Part shown: one piece after another, positions 1-11,559 of the stretch | How the letters are laid out: each line of letters begins with the position of its first letter | Position numbering within the stretch: position 1 is the stretch's first letter | Assembly (NCBI GenBank): GCA_002269645.1 | Contig: NIVC01000981.1 | Location: 329,592 to 393,591 of the forward strand | DNA: 64,000 nucleotides | Direction: 5' to 3' | DNA from: Macrostomum lignano | Taxonomy: Eukaryota | Position numbers and translations under genes: made by a program | Notes under the pieces: generated by a model | Databases searched by the model: none | Seen by the model: the letters and a program-made list of their open reading frames with translations, nothing else | What the model was told of the DNA's origin: nothing

Positions 1-31
1 GTCAGTCAGTCAGTCAGTCAGTCAGTCAGTT
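1..31. repeat. (GTCA)n microsatellite, cut by window edge
   Basis: Direct reading of the sequence. Confidence 0.9.
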
Positions 32-777
32 CATAAGCAGATATAGATAATAAACGCAACTAGTCCATTGATTTATAAATTTTACTAATTTTCACAGCTA
101 AATCCATATCGTTCGTTACTGCATTAGCAGCTATTAAGGAACACCCAAATGCCTAATTAAACAATTGTCAGTCAAGCAAGCTCGGGAATTCAGCTCAAAT
201 AATCTAATCGTTCTCAAACAAAGCTCCATGAGGATAAACGCCACACACTGAGAGGACACTGCGGTGGTCTCAGAGCCGGAGAGACTCAAATGTAGAAATT
301 GAGCTCATAGCTGTATAGTCTGACTGTAATGTGACACCTAGCATGCGCTGGTCTGTCTGAAATTATTGCGGTGAAGGGCTGGAAGCAGTCTTAATTGATG
401 GGCTCAATTGTTTGACCCAAACTGTATGAGCCAGTTAAAACAGTCACTTTCACTCTTAACCATCTAAATGATAACAATGTAAACTTCTCTCAGTGGCCTG
501 TTCTCATGAAAATAAAAACGGTAATTTTATCTTGTGCAATAATTTTGATTGATGCATTTCGAGACGGCTCCAGCTGCGAGAGAATCGAAATAACAAATTT
601 GAGACAATGAGTTTTTATAATAAGCTTGTATAGCAGCAACGAGTGTCATTGAGATGAGTTGAGATGCTTAATTGTTTGGATATTTGCCAATGCTGCCTGT
701 TTGCTGACAGACATGGCATCCCAAATCTACAGGTTATAATTGGAGTTTCTGCAACGTAAAACTACAAATTTATACTT

Positions 778-1448
778 ACAGACTGTAGCGCCAAACAATT
801 CACAGACTGTAGCGCCAAACAATTCACAGACTGTAGCGCCAAACAATTCACAGACTGTAGCGCCAAACAATTCACAGACTGTAGCGCCAAACAATTCACA
901 GACTGTAGCGCCAAACAATTCACAGACTGTAGCGCCAAACAATTCACAGACTGTAGCGCCAAACCATGACAGACTGTAGCGCGAAACAATCACAGACTGT
1001 AGGGCCAAACTATGACAGACTGTAGTGCCAAACAATCACAGACTGTAGCGCTAAAATTCACAGACTGTAGCGCCAAACCGTGAACAGACTGTAGCGCCAA
1101 ACCATGACAGACTGTAGTGCCAAACAATCACAGACTGTAGCGCCAAACCATGACAGACTGTAGTGCCAAACAATCACAGACTGTAGCGCCAAACCATGAC
1201 AGACTGTAGCGCCAAACCATGACAGACTGTAGCGCCAAACCATGACAGACTGTAGCGCCAAACCGTGAACAGACTGTAGCGCAAAACCATGACAGACTGT
1301 AGCGAGACTGTAGCGCCAAACCGTGACAGACTGTAGCGCCAAACCGTGACAGACTGTAGCGCCAAACCATGACAGACTGTAGCGCCAAACAATCACAGAC
1401 TGTAGCGCCAAACAATCACAGACTGTAGCGCCAAACAATTACAGACTA
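778..1448. repeat. 24-bp minisatellite (CAGACTGTAGCGCCAAACAATTCA and variants)
   Basis: Tandem units; the ORF track shows an 8-aa period (TVAPNNSQ). Confidence 0.95.
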
Positions 1449-1635
1449 GCCCATGAGGGCCAACCCTCAAGACACAGAGTGTACATGACTGACGATTCGA
1501 AAGTCAGGGCTGCTGTACACGCTGTATGAGCGTGTATCCACAGAGTGCGGGTCAGCGGTCTAAAGTGTGTTGATAAAATTGCATTAAATTCAGCTTAACT
1601 GCAAATCTCTCTATTATCCTCCCCGCTTAACTTAG

Positions 1636-1910
1636 CAACTTCAGCGTCAGCCCTCCCAGCAGCCGATTCTTCATCATCATCAAGTGCTGGCAATTTGAAG
1701 CGCCGCCGTCAGCCTCGAACGGTTTTTAGCGACCTGCAGCTGCTCCAGCTGGAGGCCACATTCCGCGAGCAGGCCTACCTGAGTCCGACTGACAGGGATT
1801 TGCTGGCCCAGGCTTTGGGCCTCACCGACGCCCAGGTGAAAACTTGGTTTCAAAATCGACGTATGAAACAGAAGAAATTGCTGATGCAGCAGGCGGAGGT
1901 GCGGGATTGA
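1636..1910 (+). CDS. Terminal exon of an ANTP/NK-class homeobox gene, Bsx/Barx-like
   Basis: Homeodomain RRQPRTVFSDLQLLQLEATFREQAYLSPTDRDLLAQALGLTDAQVKTWFQNRRMKQKK; RTVFSD and VKTWFQNRRMK resemble Bsx/Barx. Acceptor ttag at 1632-1635 (phase 1) opens a Ser/Ala-rich linker; stop at 1908-1910. Upstream exons not identified in the window. Confidence 0.85.
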
Positions 1911-2236
1911 TTGACTCGATGCAAACTGTCTTCGTCTCACCGACTCGATGTGACTTTGAATAGCAATCCCCTTCTCTTTATTCACGACTGTACAGACAAC
2001 ACCAAATATTTATGAGTAGAGCAGCTGGGTCTACTCTTTGCGATGAGTAGGGTCTACTCTCACTGTTTAGAAGGGTCTACTCTCACTGATGAGTAAGGTC
2101 TTCACGTTAATAATATACAACCTTTTTTGTCTCATTTAAAGTTTCACACGAACATATATGTACTGTAGATAAAAATACACAGTCACGGATACTACTTTAG
2201 TAAGTAGTGTACTTAAATATCAATTTGAAAAAGCGT

Positions 2237-2242
2237 TTTATT
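2237..2242 (-). terminator. Candidate polyadenylation signal (AATAAA) of the ZF-TALE gene
   Basis: tttatt on + strand about 285 nt downstream of the stop codon. Confidence 0.35.
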
Positions 2243-2526
2243 AGGTAAACATTGACCTAAATATGTTGTTGAAAAAACAAACAAAAATTGCAATATTTTG
2301 TTTTAATATTTATCGGCATCGGCCTACCACATTACATCAAGGTTTATCGACTGAACTTTGATTACGTTAATTTTTTTGTTTTACTGGTACGGTTTAGCAC
2401 ACTGAAAAATTTGTTTTTTACAAGAAAATTAATGAAACTTCGAGCGTTTAAACAACAGTGAAACCAACCTACAATACTGTTGTTATTGTAATTTAAAACT
2501 TATTCCAAACTTCTTTCATTTAAAGT

Positions 2527-5500
2527 TCAGGCGGTGGAACTCTCCTCCAAGAGATGTTGCTCGCAATCTTGCAATTGATTTCCATCATCGGACGGCTGAA
2601 AGCGCGAAAATATTGCAGTTTAATTATAGAATACTATAATTATACAGACTCTTTCTGCATAAAAGAGTTTTCTTTGAGAATTTCCATTTCGAGATTTCGT
2701 TACATGTTTACATATATTCACCTCAATACATGTAGAAATTTAAAATTACCAGAAAGAATACCTCGTACTTTACGAATGAGATTCAAATTGGATTCCCCGA
2801 ATATAATGTCCCAAACGGAATTTCCCGAAAGGGATTCCCCAGTCGGATTCCCCAATTGGATTCCCGAATGAGATTTTCCGAATGGAGATTCTCAGAGTAG
2901 GATTCCTCAAACAGAAATCCCCCATTAGATTCCCAGAATGGGATCCTCTAATCGAATTCCAGGAATGAAATTCCAGAAAATGGAATTCCCCGAACAGGCT
3001 TCTCCGAATGAGATTCATCGAATGGGATTCCCCGAACGAGATTCCCCGAATGGGATTCCCCGAATGGGATTCCCCGAATGGGATTCCCCGAATGAGATTC
3101 CCTGAATGGGATTCCCCAAATGGGATTCCGCGAATGAGATTCCACGAATGGGATTTCCCGAATGGGATTCCCCGAATGAGATTCCCTGAATGGTATTCCC
3201 CAAATGGGATTCCGCGAATGAGATTCCACGAATGGGATTTCCCGAATGGGATTCCCCGAATGGGATTCCCCGAATGGGATTCCCCAGATGAATGAAATAA
3301 TCCGTAAAGAATTCTCCGAATTAGATTACTCAAGTCGATTTCCCAATTGAGACTTCCGAATAGGATTCCCTTGAGCTTCATGCTAAAAAGATGTAAGTCC
3401 CCAGATTGAAATCCCCTCGCTCACCTCTCTCATCTGAGCCTCTTCCTCCCAGTCGGGTTGCGCTGGTACGGGGATCACCAACTCGACTCCATCGGAGGCC
3501 GCATCGTCAACCTCGCCATCAGCGACAGTCAAAGCTACGGTAGACTTGGATCGCATCCGTTTATTAGCGAACCATTTCTTCACCTGAGCATAGTTCAATC
3601 CGGTGAGAGCCGATAGCGCCTTGGTGTCCTCCCCAGTCGGGTAGGGCTTGTCGCTGTGCTCGCAGAACCACTTCAACAGCTGGCGATTCTGAGTCGGAGT
3701 AAAATTCTGACGCTGAGTTTTGCCCTGCGACTGTGGCGAGTCCGCTCGCTGCTGCTCGGAGTCGACTGTAGCCGTGTCCAGCGTCGGGTCCTTCAACGAC
3801 GGGCTGCTCTGATGACTGCGACCGCGAGCGCCGCGAGCACCTCCGGCTCGTTGTCGATTTTGTCGCCGGATGCGCCCGGCTGACCGCTTTGAATTCGATG
3901 AAGAAGCGGCTGCTGACTGCTGCTGCTGCTGCTGCTGAAGAGACGCCAAGAGTTTTGCTTCCTTCACCGATAAGTCCAACACTGATGAGGCAAAGTCTTC
4001 CTGCGACTGCGGCTGCTGCTTCGGTTCCACGGCTGTCACTGGGAGCTGGCAGAGGGTTTGATTGGCAATTGGCCAAAAATAAATATCACTATCTAGCATA
4101 GTGATAGTAGTGTAGCAGCATACTATAAGGATAGATTTTTAATGGAAAATAAAATTGAAAATGAAACCAGTTTTTATTTATTCTCCAAGTTTCAGTTGGA
4201 CGATTTCTTAGATCAATCTAACCCACGCTCACCTTCTCCCTCTCACTTTTGTCCCTCACATCACCCTCTCGCCCTCACCCTCACTCTCACCCTCTCTCTC
4301 ATCCTCTCTCTCACTCTTACCCTCTCTCTCACCCTCTCTCTCACTCTCACCCTCTCTCTCATCCTCTCTCTTACTCTTACCCTCTCTCTCACCCTCTCTC
4401 TCACTCTCACCCCCTCTTTCCTTCATCCTCACCCTCTCCCTTAACCTCTCCCTCACCCTCTTCCTCTCCCTCACCCTCTCTCTCAGCCTCACCCTCTCCC
4501 TCTCCCTCACCCTCTCACTCTCTCCCACCCTCTTCCTCACCTGCAGTGCCGAAGGGGTGGCGGCTCCCAGCTGCATAGCGGTGGCACCATTGAAGCTCAG
4601 GCTGTGAAGCGGCGCCCCGGTCACGGCAGTCACAGCGGCAGCAGACGTGAGCAGCTGATGATGAAGATGCTGCTGCTGCTGCTGCTGCTGCTGAGTGAGT
4701 CTGGCCGCCTCCCACAGTTTAAACGGCAGGTAAAGTCCAGATGAAATTGCCAGAGCTGTGGTGCCGGTTGCTGGGTAGTTGCCAATGGCTAGAACGGTGG
4801 TGTCAGTTCTCTGTGACGGAGACTGCAGCAGATTCTGCTGTTGCTGTGGTAGAAATTTCTGATGCTGCTGTCTGTTGCTTTTATTTGCCTGTCTCACAAC
4901 CAGCTGCTGCTGTTGGCTGCTACTTCGAATTAAGTTCAGGTTCTCAGCGACGCCGTTTCTGGGATGGAACTCCAGCGATGGCAGCGGCTGAGCAGTGGTG
5001 TCAGCTTCAGCTCTCACTGCTGGCTGACTCTCAGGCCCTTGGCTGGGATCGGTTGGCAACTTTTCCTGAGGAGTTTAATGGAATTGAATATGCGGGACAC
5101 CTGTTTTCGGTACAGCTGGTGGTTTGGTAGAGTAGACATAAGAGAAATTAGAGTAGACATTGTTAGAGGTGAGAGTAGACACTGTCAGAGTGGTGAGAGT
5201 AGACATTGTCAGAGAGGTGAGAGTAGACACTGTCAGAGAGGTGAGAGTAGACATTGTCAGAGAGGTGAGAGTAGACATTGTCAGAGAGGTGAGATAGATA
5301 TTGTCAGAGAGGTGAGAGTAGACATTGTCAGAGAGGTGAGAGTATGTCAGAGAGGTGAGAGTAGACACTGTCAGAGAGGTGAGAGTAGACATTGCCAGAG
5401 CCCTCACCGGAACTGTCAGTTTCCGCTTTCTTGATCCGGTAGCAATGCTTGGTGATGCCTGCTGCTTCAAAGCGGAGTCCTGCATTTTCTGCTCCTGGCC

Positions 5501-6423
5501 TGCTGGTGCTCCATAATTTCCTGGCAGCTTTAAGTCTCGAACCACAAGCAAATCATCTTCTTGCTGCAACAAAAATGTTTCAAGTTGAAATGCAGCTGAA
5601 AAGTCAGCAACTTTCTCTCTGAGAGCCTTTTTAAAATTTTTGGTAGTGCCCCATTGTGTCTGTTGGTGGTGCCTCATTGTGTCTGTTGAGGGGCCTCATT
5701 GTGTCTGTTAGGGGGCCTCATTGTCTGTTGATGGTGCTTCATTGTGTCTGTTGTGGGGGCCTCATTGTGTCTGTTGTGGGGGCCTCATTGTGTCTGTTGA
5801 GGGCGCCTCATTGTGTCTGTTGTGGGTGCCTCATTGTGTCTATTGAGGGGCCTCATTGTGTCTATTGAGGGGCCTCATTGTGTCTATTGAGGGGCCTCAT
5901 TGTGTCTATTGAGGGGCCTCATTGTGTCTATTGAGGGGCCTCATTGTGTCTATTGAGGGGCCTCATTGTGTCTGTTGTCGGCATTAGAGCCTATAGTTAC
6001 CAATAGGATCTAAGGGAGAAAGAAGGCAGCAGTCACTCCCTGCACATTCTCATTGGCTGATGCTACACTGATTGATCCTTTTCATCAGTTTGCTCAAATT
6101 ATTCGAAATTCTAAGAACAGCCACCGCCTCACCTGACGCGACTCGGCACCGTGAAACACGGCGGCGTGCTCCAACATCAGGCACTTCTGCGTTGACACGG
6201 AGTCGCACAGCTTGCAGCGGTACAACTTCAGCTGGTTAACGGATTCTGCGCCAGCGTCGGCGGATGGCGGCTCCGGGTGAGCGCCGGTCACGTGGTCGAT
6301 CAAGACGCTCTCCTGCAGGCACATGTAGGGACAGCTGGGACAGCAGAGAACGTGGATCAGGGGCTTCGGAGATGACGGCAGCAATTTGCTGGAATTATTG
6401 TTTGGCTCGGAGTCCACTGTCAT
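2527..6423 (-). CDS. Multi-exon C2H2 zinc-finger + TALE-class homeodomain transcription factor (about 553 aa from ATG 6423)
   Basis: Exons 6423-6133, 5563-5408, 5065-4541, 4045-3425, 2595-2527 (stop TGA 2529-2527); all junctions GT/AG and phase 0. Two C-x2-C-x12-H-x4-H fingers in the first exon; homeodomain RQNFTPTQNRQLLKWFCEHSDKPYPTGEDTKALSALTGLNYAQVKKWFANKRMRS (about 3722-3540) with the TALE PYP loop; poly-Q tracts; VLDLS motif. Confidence 0.8.
2790..3290. repeat. 14-15-bp minisatellite (GGGATTCCCCGAAT) in last intron of ZF-TALE gene
   Basis: Direct tandem units. Confidence 0.9.
4230..4540. repeat. CT-rich low-complexity repeat (CTCACC/CTCT) in ZF-TALE intron
   Basis: Direct reading. Confidence 0.85.
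5128..5400. repeat. 24-bp minisatellite (GTAGACATTGTCAGAGAGGTGAGA) in ZF-TALE intron
   Basis: Tandem units, 8-aa period QRGESRHC in ORF track. Confidence 0.9.
5650..5975. repeat. 22-bp minisatellite (GGGGCCTCATTGTGTCTATTGA) in ZF-TALE intron
   Basis: Direct tandem units. Confidence 0.9.
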
Positions 6424-7059
6424 GACTGCTGCTGTGTTTGTTGATCAAGCAGACTGCTTCTGTGTGATTCAGCAATGCAGACACCGTCAATTGCGATGGG
6501 ATGGCATTTTATGGGTTGAGGCGGGGGGGGGGGCAGCCTTTGGATCCTCCACTTCAGTCTCTGGTGGCATGGCGGGTTCAGCGCTTGGTTCCAGCTTCCT
6601 CCATCCAATCCTCCAACTTCACCTCTCTCCCCTATCCCTTCCTCCACCCTCGGATCACCTTTGCTATTTTGCGGCAAGCGAGACGAGATGGAGCTGAAGC
6701 AGAAGCTGAGAGAGAGATAAGAGGAGGATGGGGAGGACTGCGGTCCCGCATAGGTTTGGAGGTGATGGGGTGGGGGCAAGAGAGAAAGGGAAAACGGACC
6801 CCGCGACCCCCCTCGAACACGAGCTATGCAGCTCGATCCCCAGCGCTTGGGAGCTCCGCTTCTCCCAAAAACGCTTGTGTGGAGGGTTATTCATCAGAGG
6901 AGGAAAGCCGTTTTGTCTGGGAGCATGGATCCTCTTAGTAAGCTTACGTCTAGGAGAGGATAGGAAGAATTCGGGAGACAAGGCTGAGGAGTTTCCAAAC
7001 CCCCCACACACAACTGCGCCTTCTGCACACGGAGCGATCGATAAAATCTAAACTCTCAC

Positions 7060-7132
7060 TATACTGCAGGAAGCCTGATGCTGGAAACCCATCACCATCA
7101 GTTGTTGCTTGTGGAGCCTCCTCGTATAGCAT
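7060..7132 (-). CDS. Possible upstream first exon of the ZF-TALE gene (MLYEEAPQATTDGDGFPASGFLQY)
   Basis: ATG at 7132, donor GTGAGA at 7059 (phase 1), compatible with acceptor CAG/TC at 6425 just before ATG 6423. Not otherwise supported. Confidence 0.35.
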
Positions 7133-9294
7133 CGTTAGATTAGATTTTGTACATGCACAGGTAGCTGCAGCTCGAGACTTTGGGGCTGACTCGAAGGGAT
7201 GCAGAGCTGATACGAGACTAGACTATAAGAGCTGCTACACATGTAGATGCCAGGAAAGAGAGTAAAAATAAGTGAAAAATTCGATCATTTCTTTATGTTC
7301 AACTGCAGATTCATTAGTCAACACCGGCCTTTTTGAATGAGAACTGTTAATAATTAACTTGTGACACCTGTACATATGTACGAATTGTATTGTACAGCTG
7401 AGGCTATATTGTAGTACATGTAGTGTACAAATGCATTTACAAATTTAAAAAATGTAAAATTATGTCACACCAAAAACCTATAATAACCTTATGCATGTGT
7501 ATTCATTGTAAAGTGTATTGTGCAGTCCAATTTTCGTCGGATACTTCATTGAGAAAGTCAGTTCGGTCATTATGCAGTCACAGATACAGTAGTCTTATAA
7601 TGAACCTTTACCTTTAATTTAGTCCTTACAGGTGTAGCTAGTACTAGTTGCTGATCTATAGCTAATTTAATGTGCATGAAGTAGTACATGTAGTCCTTGA
7701 CTCGTACAAGAAAAATTATATGCATATATATATAAATTTAGATATACGACGTGCTTATTCTATTCTTGGTTAATAAGAGAACTGTACACGAGTAACATTA
7801 TAGCGACTTGTGAGACTGTACACGCGCAGAAACTTTATTCAGCTTTAATGAAGTAAGTGGAGTGACAAATTTTAGGCAGAATTTTTCACAATGAGCCAAG
7901 GGCAACTGATGATTTGGCTAAATCCATATACTAAAAATGTCTGTACTAAATTTGCCCTTGGCTGCAATGTATGCAATTTATCCAATCCGGACAACAAGTA
8001 AAGTCTTCATCGCATCCCAATATTTAAGTTTGATTTTTGCATTCATCGCTTGTACCACAGAGCTACTTAGTAACTTCTTCTCTGAATTAATTATAAATGG
8101 AGTCGCTTGAACCAAGGAACATTTCTTATAACCAACTAAAAGTTCCCGGAAAATTCGCGCTTGGTTTAAGTGAAATGACGACGGTCAAGCGTGCACGCCT
8201 TAGTGAGACTTGGCCAGGGGACCCACACGGGTTGGATTCAAACCTGATCAGGTTTTCCCTCCTAGTAGCTTAAATAACACTATATATTAGAGCTACTAGG
8301 AAATAGCCTAGGGCGTAACTATATATCCCATTTTTACTTAAATATGTACAGCTGGGTCGAAGAATTTTATAGTCGTACTTGTAGTGTAGGGCCTAGTTGT
8401 AGACAAGACTTGTAGTAGGAGGCTGGTGTAGTTAAACTAACACAGTGACAGTGTGGGTTCAAATTTATGTACATATCGCAGACATTAGTTAATTATATAT
8501 TATAAATTAGGTAATTCTACACAATTGTGCATTTTATTTATTAGGCCTAAAATATGCTCAATAATAATTGAGAAAATTTGTTTTTAGACTTATAATTATG
8601 TAGTTGTTTAATTTGTACTTTGTAGTTTTTTTTCTTTTTTAAATTAAGTAGGCCCTAATAAATCCGTATTTTGCAAAAGCAAAAATATACTAGGCCTAGT
8701 TTAGTATTATTGATCCAAATTGAAGATGCCAATTGCCAAAATGAAAGAGATCTAGTAGCCTAGTATATGTTTTTAGTGGGCCTATATAAATATCTATGAA
8801 AAATTGTGGCTTAAAAATATAGGCCCATTTCATAAATGTTTATCATTTTTGTTTATTAATGGTTTTTTGACAACATGCTTATATTCAATTTGTTCATATG
8901 GCAACGTGCAAAATCATTTTAAATATGAATTTATAAATACTAACTAAAAAACATATAATGTCCTAACATCGGCAATCCTTCAGTTTATAATCACTGTCTA
9001 TTTTGCCAGTTCCGGTTTATGATCACCTTATATTTTGCTTATTGCAATGCAAAACTGGCATGTTAAAAACTAAGACATAAAAACTAATGGTAGTTTCAAA
9101 TGAAAAGAAAGCAAAATTTTGCTGATCAACTAGGCCTAATTTATTTAAAATTGAAAAGATTGTACATCAGTTCACTAGTAGCTTATATATATCACCTTTG
9201 GTTTACAAACATCCAAAGCTGGCTGTAGGAAAGCATGTCAAGATTGTCAACCCTAGCTTAGTATAATTAATCTTTAGCGCCGCATCCCCCCCCC

Positions 9295-9465
9295 TCACTT
9301 TTGGTTTATGATCACTTCCACACATGCACTCCATTGAAATGATTGTGAACCAAAGCTGGTTATAGGAAAGCATGTTAACCCTTAGTACACTTTCTTATGG
9401 CCAGCTTTAGTTCATGATCATTTTAATGGAGTGCATGTGTGGAAGTGATCATAAACCAAAAGTGA
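9295..9465. repeat. Long inverted repeat (about 76-bp arms, about 19-nt loop); foldback/MITE-like
   Basis: 9295-9370 TCACTTTTGGTTTATGATCACTTCCACACATGCACTCCATT... is the near-perfect reverse complement of 9390-9465. Confidence 0.85.
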
Positions 9466-10883
9466 AATATATGACAATCTTATCATCTTTTGAAATAAAC
9501 AAAGTTAGTTTGCCAATATTTGATTTTGTTTCATTGGAAATTATGGATTTTATGTCTTATAATACAACTGTTATTTTTGTGGTGATCGTCACTGTTTTTT
9601 TTATTACAGGCAGGGGGGTTGTGTGCACCCTGGCGCAATTTAAGCGACATTGTCACACAACCGGCGAGAGGCATTACTGCCCATTCCACCGACTCCCCTG
9701 AGCAGGCATACAAGCGCGCGGATACGTTACGCAGGCACACACTCACACAGGAGTGTACAGCGGCCCTAACTTTATCAATTGTTAGGCATGTACACTTCAC
9801 TGCACATTGGGGGGTTGGCTCTCAAGGCCGTTAATTGCACAAGCGAACCAAGCCAAGATTCCAATCCAGCCCCAAATTAATGTGGCTGCACTTGGAATCG
9901 AGCCTGGGTTGCAGCACACCAGAGCAGCTGCGCTACCGCTGGGCTACGGCCCCCGCGATCGTCACTGTTTAAGGTGATTGTCACTGTTTGGGATGATTGT
10001 AAACTGAAGGATTGCCCTAATATCTTCTTTGTATTATTATAAATGGTTAAAATATTCCCATGGCCATGGGCATGCATGGTCATATGCTATAGTCAATTCC
10101 ATTATTGGCATATATAATATATAAAAAATGAGCTACTTCATACTTAGAAAAATAGTTTAATTAGATTTTAGTTAAAAAAGCTCTTTTAAATGTAAAAAAA
10201 ACTATAATAAAAATGATTGGCCTATACTATGCAATTCTACTAAAAAAGGTAAGACTAAAACATACAAGCTATTTGGTATATTTTTGCTATTTATGGATAG
10301 AAAGTTGTAAGAATAAGTAAGTCAATTAAGCCTAAATAGTAAGAAATAAGCTTTTGACATAATATGTAGTTTACAATATAAAAATTCTTATTATTTTTAG
10401 ATTATTAAGTGCATTAATAACAAATGTTATATATTGAACAAGCTTGCAAATTTTAAAAGTGATTTCTTTAAAGACTTCTAGGCTTTTGCTTATGCTAGAT
10501 ATAGTCTTAGAATCTAAGGTATCAATTGTTAAGATAAGCTATTCAAAGTTATAGAATTGCAAAACTAGGTCAGTCAAATATTTATAGATAGTATTAGTAC
10601 ACTATGTTTAGTAATAAAGTATTTTCCTTGATCTCTGCTACTTGGGCTAGCTAGTCATAATCAATAAACAATTTATTAAAACAAAGCTCAAAACTTTTTT
10701 GTTCTTTAGTTATAATAATATATTAGATTTTTAGTAATCTACTAGCAATCTTCGCCCCCCGATGGGGGACATCTGGATAGAATCTCTGTTCTATACAAGT
10801 AACAAAAAAACAGCCAAAAATCCTTCAAAAAGACAACAGACAAACTGCTCAAATGAAGTGCATTGCAAAAAGAAATCATCCCA

Positions 10884-11455
10884 AGACCGCAAGCATCCCC
10901 CAGATAGCAAGCATCCCCAAGATAGCAAGCATCCCCCAGATAGCAAGCATCCCCAAGATAGCAAGCATCCCCCAGATAGCAAGCGTCCCCCAGATAGCAA
11001 GCATCCCCCAGATAGCAAGCATCCCTCAGATAGCAAGCATCCCCCAGATTGCAAGCATCCCCCAGATAGCAAGCATCCCCTGGATAGCAAGCATCCCCCG
11101 GATAGCAAGCATCCCCCGGATAGCAAGCATCCCCCAGAAAGCAAGCATCCCCCGGATAGCAAGCATCCCCCGGATAGCAAGCATCCCCCAGAAAGCAAGC
11201 ATCCCCCAGATAGCAAGCATCCCTCAGATAGCAAGCATCCCCCAGATAGCAAGCATCTCCCAGATAGCAAGCATCCCCCAGATAGCAGGCATCCCCCAGA
11301 TAGCAAGCATCCCCCAGATAGCAGGCATCCCCCAGATAGCAAGCATCCCCCAGATAGCAGGTATCCCCCAGATAGCAAGCATCCCCCAGATAGCAAGCAT
11401 CCCCAAGATAGCAAGCATCCCCAAGATAGATAGCATCCCCAAATAGTAAGCATCC
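10884..11455. repeat. 18-bp minisatellite (GCAAGCATCCCCCAGATA)
   Basis: Tandem units, 6-aa period DSKHPP. Confidence 0.95.
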
Positions 11456-11559
11456 ACCAGACAATAAGTAGCTAGTGCGACAATTTCCTTAGCATTATAG
11501 CGGCTCCTTTAAAATTCGCTTACTTTTACGTTTGAAATTGTGTATCTTTTATGTTTAAC

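Noticed and set aside
6420-6779. 119-aa Pro/Gln-rich ORF as an N-terminal extension of the zinc-finger exon
   Set aside because: Different frame, ending in TGA overlapping the ATG at 6423; no in-phase connection.
10742-11464. DSKHPP / GDACYL repeat proteins
   Set aside because: An 18-bp minisatellite open in several frames on both strands; no splice or domain support.
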